Below, piece by piece: positions 30,983 through 38,682 of a DNA stretch of 38,682 nucleotides. The notes under the pieces were generated by a model. That model did no database searches and was not told the DNA's origin. It worked only from the letters and a program-made list of their open reading frames with translations. The translations under genes were made by a program, and so were the position numbers. The DNA lies in assembly GCA_023334545.1 (NCBI GenBank), contig JAADVB010000182.1, positions 1 through 38,682 on the forward strand, written 5' to 3'. Each line of letters starts with the position of its first letter. Position 1 is the first letter of the stretch. Origin of the DNA: Salisapilia sapeloensis CBS 127946 (Eukaryota > Protista > Oomycota).

Positions 30983-31738
30983 ATGCAAGTGGAAATGCAG
31001 CACCAACCGCCGTTTGCACACTCGGGATTCAACCCGGCCTCTGCGAACACGCTGTTTCAACGGCAGCAACTAGCCGGACGACAAAATGCCGTTGCGCGCA
31101 AACGGAAGATGAGCGATGAACGAGCTGCAATGCAAGAAATGCACCCGCAGTCTGTTGAAGATGATGGAAACAACTTCCGCCAGACTTCTAAGCGTCGAAG
31201 GAGAATGCGGATTCCACACTCGAAGCAATACACTACGCCAGGAGCACAAGCATGGCAGTCACATGGAACCAATATGGGCAACACGCAGCGAGTTGCAGTT
31301 GATGTTGGCAACGAGGCGAATGCTAATTTGAATGTTGGCAGCATGCCAATGCAATTCTCAGATCAAGAGCCCAAAGAAGAGGATATGGATAGCGACAGTC
31401 GAACGTTAGTCGTCGCGCCGAGAACTGCAGGTGGCAGAATTCCGATGCTCACACCTGCCGCGCAATGGCAAGCGTTCCAATCTCGGTATAAGGCGAACAA
31501 CGTCATGCCTCCAAACGATCCGAGCAGCCGTGCGATGGTGATTTTCAATCCGTCGCGGCCGATGCCTGAAAGTAACGCTGCCCTGTACGAGGACGGACCG
31601 CGGATAGAACTAGTCGAGAGTGAAGATGATGGTTCCACCTCTTCTGCCGACGAGCAGCATGAGGACGACAGTGCGTTCGTCCGTTTTGAAGAGATCCCGG
31701 AGGAGGTGGAAGAAGACCAACCGATGGAGATCGAGTAA
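30983..31738 (+). CDS. Hypothetical 251-aa protein, predicted largely disordered, with basic NLS-like clusters and an acidic tail
   Basis: Single ORF with coding-like composition (RKRK and KRRRR clusters, D/E-rich C-terminus). A CCAAT box lies about 100 nt upstream. Confidence 0.75.
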   Translation: MQVEMQHQPPFAHSGFNPASANTLFQRQQLAGRQNAVARKRKMSDERAAMQEMHPQSVEDDGNNFRQTSKRRRRMRIPHSKQYTTPGAQAWQSHGTNMGNTQRVAVDVGNEANANLNVGSMPMQFSDQEPKEEDMDSDSRTLVVAPRTAGGRIPMLTPAAQWQAFQSRYKANNVMPPNDPSSRAMVIFNPSRPMPESNAALYEDGPRIELVESEDDGSTSSADEQHEDDSAFVRFEEIPEEVEEDQPMEIE

Positions 31739-31843
31739 TAACTTAACGAGACATTTACTTTAACGCAACTAGAAACGCCATCACCCAATGTCATGTGATT
31801 AGACGAAAACACCATGTTCAAGGTACGATTTGTGTACTTCTAT

Positions 31844-32987
31844 CTACTCCGTCACTTTCTGCTTTGCGCCTTCACTCGACGTGGCAAAGTCATCCGAGTC
31901 ACCCACAATGAGACTTACGACGACCGTAATGTCGTCCATCTTGCCTCCTTCAAAGTTATATCCCGCTTGCTTTGCAGCTTCCGCAAATGGCGTGTGCGTC
32001 TTACTTGCCTTGGCAGCCTCGTGTGCCGTATTTGCTAAACAGGACGCCACATTTTCCATGCGAGGAGGCCCACGGAACTCGAGCATTGTCCACGGCATCA
32101 ACGTATCCAACACCGCTGCAATTTGCTCTGGAAACAAGTTGTCGAATCTACATTCACATCCGTCAGCAACCACATTGACGCGTATAAGCGACATAAGCAG
32201 GCTTACAGTCCGTCTGTGCCAAGGACGATGAGATCTTTCTCCTGCAATTCAACCTCGAACGTCTCGCCCATCTCTGGCTATACACCTGATGAGTATCTAG
32301 GAGTCAGTAGAATACATGCAACACATACCTGATCCCCACTGTTGGCGTACCCGAGTTGATACGGACAGTTAAAATAGTGGCTTTGCTGCGGTGCTTCGTA
32401 CACGACTTGCCACCGTACAGGAGAGTCCTCTGCTTCACCCTGTACGTCCGTGAGTCGGCAGATGATAAAGCCAGAATCACCAATGTTCACGCCTCGTAGC
32501 ATTGTATCTACACCCGTCGGAATGAGAAGAGCGTATCAGATAAATAAACTACTCTAGTACCATTTAATTGCACGATGCAGGCAGTAGAGCTACCAAGACA
32601 AGTAGCTGATTGATACGCTTTCGTCAGTAGATCCAACGGGCCGTCACTGCCCATCTTGGACGCCTCTTCATGTGCAGTCTGCATTAATGTGCGAGCATAC
32701 TCGCCAGAATCAATTCCCTACATGGTAACGTGCATTCGTTATGCTCGATTCTATGCAGACGGTAGGATTGGAGCTACCTTTCGTGCCCATCCGCCGACTC
32801 CATCAGCGACACCGACCGCATTTTGGGCAATGAACCATGCGTCTTCCCCTCCTGTCGCTCTCTTCTGTGGGTGAGGAAGATCACATGCACCTGATACGAG
32901 CTTCCAGGACGCATATCCTCTTGTCCAACGGACTTGGCTCGACCAAGTCCGTTTATGGCAACTCGATAGCACGCGTCTTGACCACAT
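31844..32987 (-). CDS. PPTC7: PP2C-family phosphatase PTC7/PPTC7, probably mitochondrial (306 aa)
   Basis: Five minus-strand exons: 32987..32778, 32717..32561, 32507..32329, 32277..32207 and 32147..31844; introns of 60, 53, 51 and 59 nt. The frame stays intact and restores [39 protein letters not shown]|FDNL and GGKMDDITV. The N-terminus MWSRRVLSS is transit-like. Confidence 0.93.
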
Positions 32988-33049
32988 CGAGCTCCCTTCC
33001 TTCGTGTCTGGTGGGGACCACAAATACAGAGGTAGATGAACCTCTGTAC

Positions 33050-36000
33050 ATGATAACGAAGCAGGGCCACGAACAGGCCATCGACACGATGCAAGATGAA
33101 GAGGAGGGAGGTGCTTTAACTAACCGCTCATCAGTTCGTCGATCTGCTAAACGTACTGCAACGTCCCGAGACGCTGCGATTGCTGTCGTGGCACAAGAAC
33201 GAAAATCTCTTGTCTTTCGGTCGCCGAAGAAAGCTGGTCGGGAGCATCACGATCCGCATGATGCATCCACTTCGGATAAGAAACGTGCTCGAGCGCATGA
33301 ACGTCGCAGTCGTCGACAAGCCATTCGAAGAGAGTACCTGAGTCCTCGATCTAATAATGGTACATCGACACGAGACATTGAAGATCCTTCCAGCATCCCC
33401 ATGCCTGCCTTGGATTCTGAGGGAATAAGTGCCTCGGAGCTTGCCAAGGACTTTGTCGTGCATTCCACTGCATGGCGACGTTTGTATGTCCGTAATGAAG
33501 ATTATATTGGTGGTAACGTCCTACCGGACGCACCTGGTGTTCCTCTTCCTTTTGATTCGAGCCTTGATAAACCTCTTGATGCGTACGATACGACCGGCGA
33601 AACTACGAGCAAGAGTGCGATTATGCGTATTGGTACTACGAATAGGAGAAAGAAGCAAAAGACTGGAACTGCGACAGAAGTGAAGACGTATAAAGACATG
33701 GAAGAGCTCGAGCGGGACGTGATCGAGTTGGAAAAGACCGGGAAGGAGCTTGTGAACGAGCTTCATCGAGCTCGGACCAACGAACTGATTGCGAATGCAC
33801 GCAAGCAAGTGCGTAGCTACTTGTCTGAGCTACCACACCATCGTTTGCACCTCACTCGTGCCCATTTAGCACGACTCTCGACTTCCAAGATGGAGCAACT
33901 GGCTGTCAAAGCACAGCTAAAAGTGACTTCAGTCGATGCTTCCACCCTGCCATTCACGTACAAGATAGGACGAGGAGATACATTCCAGTCGGAAAGGTCT
34001 GCCCATCCACTAGAGTACATGCAGCTCTCTCGCATTCCACACACGAGTCGATCCACGACGTGTATTCCCGTCCAAGGGACACACAAAGTGCAGGATGATC
34101 CACTCATTCGTTTCGCTCCGTACTTTGCGTCCCACGCGCGTGCGAAATTAAAACCAACCACTTCAAGTGTCCATAAGGCGATTCCACCAGCTCTCGCAAG
34201 GCAAGCAAGAGGTTCTTGTGCTACAGATGATGAACGGCAAGAGTTACTGCTGAAGTACATTGTCCATGAGACGAACGGGAATGAAGATGTATTGGATTTA
34301 CTACGAGAACGAGAGACTTTTGATCAACCACGTGCAGACTATGTGAATCTGCAAAAGAAAGAGTACTTGCATTTGCGGAAGGAACAGCTTCAAAGGCGTT
34401 TGGCACAAGTGCAAGGGATGGAGGATCCGAGAGTGGCACAAGTGAACAAGTTGGTGGAGGGTTTCCGAACGCCAGACTCAAGTCCTTTTAAGAAACGACT
34501 GCAGCTACAATTATGGCAGACAGCTCCGTCCTTGACGTTGTGCCAGTTGGTGGGTGACACGAATCCACGCTCAAATCGTCAAAGCGCCTTCTTCTGTAGA
34601 CGCTGCTACACCTACAATTGTGCTCGACATGGCATTGACCAGCCGACTCCTGTCGCACGATGGGATCCAACGTATCCGGTCGTAAAAGCAGCATCGAAAC
34701 GATCGGATGAACGCACGCCAGTGGAAGTAGATAACTCGGGCGAAACGGAAGAACAGTCAGAAGCAAATGTCCGGCGTAGTGCTCGAGCGAATACAGTCGC
34801 AAGCACGAAAGCTACCATGAGCGTACCATCCCAAGCGGAACTAAAGGCAAAGTCTTTGCGAAAGCACCGTCGATCGAAAGCTCATGGCGACCCGACAGAG
34901 TATTACGGTCTGGATGAAGAGACAAAGGCCATTCTTGATACTTCGAAATCCAAAGTGCACGATACAGACGTTCCTTGTAGTGTTCACTGCCATCTATCTA
35001 CCACTTCTGTAACCTCTAGCACGTGGGATGCATATCAAGAGCAGCTTCTAGATCGACTCACTTACATGTTTTCCATGGAGGATGAGAAAGCCTCTTGTCA
35101 AGTAGCAAAGCTTCTTTCGAAACCATGCAATGAGGTCGCAGCGAAACTAGCTTCCAAGTCCTCTGTCGACTACGTGCATTTTCCTTTCCCAGATCCTATG
35201 GTTCACAAGCATGAGCGACCACTAGTGAATCGTGGAAACAATTGGGAACACTTGCGTCGCACGCGCTTGCAGCGTATGAAAGACGGGAGTCTGAACAAGA
35301 GCTACGAGCCTTGTCGACACGGATCGGCTGATTGCAATACGGCCGACTGCGCCTGTATGCGACGGGATCACTATTGTGACAAGAGCTGTTCGTGCAGTAA
35401 AGACTGCGCGAATCGCTTCTCTGGCTGCCGATGTGCGCCGATGCAGTGTCGCACATGGGGCTGTCCTTGCTTCTACGCTGGACGCGAGTGCGACCCTGAT
35501 CTGTGCTCGACGTGTGGAGTGAACGAGCTCCCTGTCTTGCTCATGGACGCTGAGGCCAGGGATAAGAAGGTGGAGCAACTAAAGGTATGTGGGAATGCTA
35601 GTATCCAATGGGGCAAACACTGCCGCATCGGACTTGCCCAGTCCACTGTCCATGGATGGGGAGCTTTTGCGTTAGAATCGATCAAGGCCGGGGAACTCGT
35701 GTATGAATACGCTGGAGCGTTGCTTTCTCAAGACGAGGCAGAGCGACGTGGAAATGTGTACGACAAAGCAACCGTTAGCTTCTTGTTCGACCTCGATGAA
35801 GACTGGGTCGTGGATGCGACGCGACTGGGGAACAAGAGCAAGTTTGCAAACCATCGAGCTGGTGGGCAAAAGTGTCGCGCGAGAGTGTTGCTTGTGAATG
35901 GCGATCATCGAATTGGTATTTTTGCCACGGAAGACATTGCACAAGGGGAAGAGATCTTCTTTGATTACGGTTACAGTGGTGTCGTCCCGGACTGGAGTCA

Positions 36001-36184
36001 AGTTCGTATCGGTACGAGCAAGACTCGAAATGAAGGCGTGAGCATGGCTGATAGCGAGAAGATAAAGATAAAGAAAGAGGAAAGCAGTGGTGCGGAAGAA
36101 AATATAGAGGATAGTGGTATGCAAGAGGACGGAGTGGAGCTTGTGGAAAAACTCGAGGCGGAAGAGGAAAAGCTAGCAGAATAA
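33050..36184 (+). CDS. E(z): Enhancer of zeste (EZH2/CLF-like) H3K27 methyltransferase, catalytic subunit of PRC2
   Basis: [11 protein letters not shown] (SAL/SRM-like), [13 protein letters not shown] (MCSS), PCSVHC plus a SANT2-like helix, a CXC domain ([15 protein letters not shown]), and a SET domain with [29 protein letters not shown] and [11 protein letters not shown]...EEIFFDY. The start is uncertain: ATG 33050 or 33089, with the frame open back to ATG 32837. Confidence 0.93.
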   Translation: MITKQGHEQAIDTMQDEEEGGALTNRSSVRRSAKRTATSRDAAIAVVAQERKSLVFRSPKKAGREHHDPHDASTSDKKRARAHERRSRRQAIRREYLSPRSNNGTSTRDIEDPSSIPMPALDSEGISASELAKDFVVHSTAWRRLYVRNEDYIGGNVLPDAPGVPLPFDSSLDKPLDAYDTTGETTSKSAIMRIGTTNRRKKQKTGTATEVKTYKDMEELERDVIELEKTGKELVNELHRARTNELIANARKQVRSYLSELPHHRLHLTRAHLARLSTSKMEQLAVKAQLKVTSVDASTLPFTYKIGRGDTFQSERSAHPLEYMQLSRIPHTSRSTTCIPVQGTHKVQDDPLIRFAPYFASHARAKLKPTTSSVHKAIPPALARQARGSCATDDERQELLLKYIVHETNGNEDVLDLLRERETFDQPRADYVNLQKKEYLHLRKEQLQRRLAQVQGMEDPRVAQVNKLVEGFRTPDSSPFKKRLQLQLWQTAPSLTLCQLVGDTNPRSNRQSAFFCRRCYTYNCARHGIDQPTPVARWDPTYPVVKAASKRSDERTPVEVDNSGETEEQSEANVRRSARANTVASTKATMSVPSQAELKAKSLRKHRRSKAHGDPTEYYGLDEETKAILDTSKSKVHDTDVPCSVHCHLSTTSVTSSTWDAYQEQLLDRLTYMFSMEDEKASCQVAKLLSKPCNEVAAKLASKSSVDYVHFPFPDPMVHKHERPLVNRGNNWEHLRRTRLQRMKDGSLNKSYEPCRHGSADCNTADCACMRRDHYCDKSCSCSKDCANRFSGCRCAPMQCRTWGCPCFYAGRECDPDLCSTCGVNELPVLLMDAEARDKKVEQLKVCGNASIQWGKHCRIGLAQSTVHGWGAFALESIKAGELVYEYAGALLSQDEAERRGNVYDKATVSFLFDLDEDWVVDATRLGNKSKFANHRAGGQKCRARVLLVNGDHRIGIFATEDIAQGEEIFFDYGYSGVVPDWSQVRIGTSKTRNEGVSMADSEKIKIKKEESSGAEENIEDSGMQEDGVELVEKLEAEEEKLAE

Positions 36185-36275
36185 ATGGTAGTTCTACAGA
36201 TGAAACAAGTTAAAAACGGTAGTAGTTTTAATTTTAGTCTTCGCAAGGGGTTTTTGCACATCACAAGGATAAGGA

Positions 36276-37835
36276 ATGAACTACAATTGGGCTGATCCAC
36301 GGAAGAACTCGATTACGAGCAAAAAGATGGTGTACGCGTATTTCGATTCGACTTGTTGTTGACAGGCAAATGACCTTTTGGAGTATAGTGCCAAGGCTGA
36401 GGCTGCTCGTCGGAAAAGGTTGGCACAGACAAAATCGACTGTGTCGAATCAACTTAATCCTGCAATCGAACATAAGCTTGATCGTACGTACACGATTAAA
36501 TGTGCACCTGATGAAATCGTAGTGAACTTGTATTGTGTTTGTGCTAGTAGAGAAGAGGAAGACGAAACTAAAGACTCATTCAATCGGTGACGTAGCCCAC
36601 TCGAGTATTGATGATGCCTTCAAGAATGATCGTCTCAACTCGGCACCACGCTCCAGTCGTCTTGGATCTAACACTAAGGAATCGATATCGCCAAGGTCGA
36701 TGAAATAATAATATTTGAATCAAATAGGACATTGTAACTAGATAGTTGTGTCAGCAGTTTTGCCATGGAGGAAGCAAACCAAAGTGAAGACTTTGTACTG
36801 AGCTTCCAGCAAGCCAAGTCGACTTCCAAAGACACTTTGAGCCGTCAAATAGAGAGTAATTCTTTATCAAAGTCGAGTCGAAAAGAGCATGTAGATAACA
36901 ACGAGGAACAGCGAACGAGGCTTCCTGTCCTCAAACCTGTGCGAGATCGTGTTCCAAGTCGATCGCAATCACGAGCGATGCGTAAGATGGAATCTACACC
37001 CACCTTACAAATCTCGAAAAAGCAAAACTCTGCCAAGCTGCAGCGAACAAGGCAAAACGAAGAAGAATCCTTTTTATCTTCCACCCGAAGTGACTCCGTG
37101 CTACATGCTCCTCGAAAGGATACAATGGATTTCTACGATGGCAGCGAGGATGGCTTTGAAGGTGATTCGGATAATGAAGAAAGTAACTTGAGACTTCGAC
37201 TGCGGTCCAGTCCGTCCGAGTTGCATACGCAAAGTTTGACAGGAACTAGCGTGGAAGAAGGTGTACCGCTAACACTTGACTTGTCGCTATTGCAAAAATT
37301 TGAACAATTGAAAGAGATGGTCGCTAGCAATCGAAGCAACAACGCGACGGAGAAAGTTGAAGCTCCACAAGAGACGACAAATGGTACTGTGTCACAAGAC
37401 GCCTTGAATCACGACAATGCATATCAAAGCGTGAAGGAAAAAAGATCAGATGAAGGTATGAAACTGAAGCGTGGAGATACTGTGGAGTATGCATCAAAAG
37501 CGAAGTGTCAGGTAAAGCAGCCGAAGAAATCAGAGAGTGTGATTGGGAGGAGTTCGAGCAAGGCCAGATTGAGTCATATGAAAAGCAGCACATCACTTTC
37601 CACGCTGAGGGCTGAGCATCGAGAGGCATTAAAGCTTTTGGAAGAGCTCGGTGGCCCTGTGGACAAAGACTTTGTATCGCTCACGCAGCCTGAGAACGAC
37701 ATGCGATTGCATAGTAGAGCGTCAAAGCCGGAAGTGGACGATGCATCTTCAGAAGGAACGCCAGAAATCGGACTGGTAGGAAAATTGAGATCACGTATTA
37801 AATCTGGACGCTGTGAAAGAGACACATGTAAATGA
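36276..37835 (+). CDS. Multi-exon hypothetical protein, Ser/Lys/Glu-rich, largely disordered (about 466 aa)
   Basis: Proposed exons 36276..36329, 36366..36483, 36548..36695 and 36755..37835 (introns of 36, 64 and 59 nt) join two track ORFs in one frame: MNYNWADPRK...KKM|ANDLLEYSAKAEAARRKRL...KLD|LEKRKTKLKTH...SP|SSFAMEEANQ. Exon 1 and the 3' end are less certain. Confidence 0.65.
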
Positions 37836-38437
37836 CGAGGTATTAGAGCGATGGTTAGATCTTGTCGAAATCACATTTAGTTAAGTGATCCTCGTGTGCA
37901 TTGCAGCTTGTGTTCCTATAAAGCGATACTTACCCAGAGCCTATTACCGCAAAGTATGCAACAAGGGTGCTTCAGTACGTACTTAATCATCCATTCCACA
38001 CCACTATTAATCTTGCATGCAAAAGAGCATGGTTCACTACTCCATTATGTTTGCCATCTAGACTCATACAAACGATCAACTGTTCGATGTGTCCTGCAGC
38101 CAAGAACTGCGTGATATAAGAAGATTATGTTGCAAGTAAAGGCTAAATGTGAATTCTTGACCTTAGTTTTGTCTAAGAGACGTGAGGAGCGAAAAGGAAA
38201 GCAATCTTCTTGTAATCGATATCAGAGCAGATTCTCATGCGGAGAATAACAGGAAGCTAATACTGCCTCCTTTTAAATAGAAACCTTTTGTAATTGTTTG
38301 TTTGGACATACAATGAGCTAGAAATTGAAACTTGGTCATTAGACGTGTATATGATCCAAGCTAGGAAGCGCAGAAAGGTTATAAACAAGCAAATGTCAAA
38401 GTAATACACGTGTGAATCGTGAAAACGTCCAGGTTAC

Positions 38438-38682
38438 CATTGCTTGAATGTGGAAGCTTTTCGAGGAACTTTGGTTAGCTCGAAGTATGTACACAAAACT
38501 GAACAAACCCCATCCAAAGTTAAAAGAAATCCTTGATCCAATTCGAGCGCATGGGCTTTTGCCGTTTCCAGCCTTTGAGACTTGAAGATCATCTGCAGGA
38601 CCATAGATACGAGGCTCACACTCACCTCCGCTTCTTCATGGATACGAAAGAGATCGTTATCGCCAGGAACATTAATCGCTCA
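38438..38682 (-). CDS. Fragment of a minus-strand multi-exon gene running off the right edge; product unknown
   Basis: Candidate introns 38625..38593 (33 nt, GTGAGT...CTGCAG) and 38508..38469 (40 nt, GT...CTAAC-CAAAG) join ...IHEEAE|MIFKSQRLETAKAHALELDQGFLLTLDG|FLEKLPHSSN. Further small exons may extend toward about 37855. Confidence 0.4.

Noticed and set aside
32837-33049. Track start of the 1115-aa E(z) ORF
   Set aside because: It overlaps PPTC7 exon 1 on the opposite strand. I did not adopt it as the default start but kept it as a hypothesis in the findings.
37828-37990. Possible 3' extension of the 36276 gene via GTAAAT...TTGCAG
   Set aside because: It adds only a short unremarkable peptide and conflicts with a possible minus-strand gene end; cannot be decided without RNA data.
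1-38682. RXLR/CRN effectors, CRISPR arrays, rRNA, intact transposases or retroelements
   Set aside because: I saw no signal-peptide-plus-RXLR or LFLAK protein, no repeat-spacer array, no rRNA-like sequence and no RT/integrase/DDE ORF.

Overview
Gene-dense eukaryotic genomic DNA, not prokaryotic. It most resembles an oomycete/stramenopile: short GT-AG introns of about 33-82 nt with CTAAT/CTAAC-like branch points, an oomycete-type INR+FPR core promoter, and START-like+FYVE-like and RING-Rcat paralogs. The supplied ORF track uses TTG/GTG starts and ignores introns, so I rebuilt the gene models by hand. From left to right the window holds: a 5'-truncated PZP (PHD-knuckle-ePHD) chromatin protein; an EamA/DMT transporter; a PX-like orphan; a tandem array of four START-like+FYVE-like genes; a 1343-aa coiled-coil protein; a Cdc15/Cdc7/MAP3K-epsilon-type kinase; two tandem RBR-like E3 ligases that appear to lack the IBR domain; tRNA-Thr(UGU); a probably acylated PDZ protein; an m-AAA (AFG3/FtsH) protease; RPS2; an orphan; PPTC7 phosphatase head-to-head with an E(z)/EZH2-type H3K27 methyltransferase; a multi-exon orphan; and a fragment of a micro-intron gene at the right edge. 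I found no CRISPR array, intact transposon or RXLR/CRN effector. The best leads are the IBR-less RBR pair, the START-FYVE array, and the very tight PPTC7/E(z) divergent junction. No database searches were run; family calls come from motif recognition.
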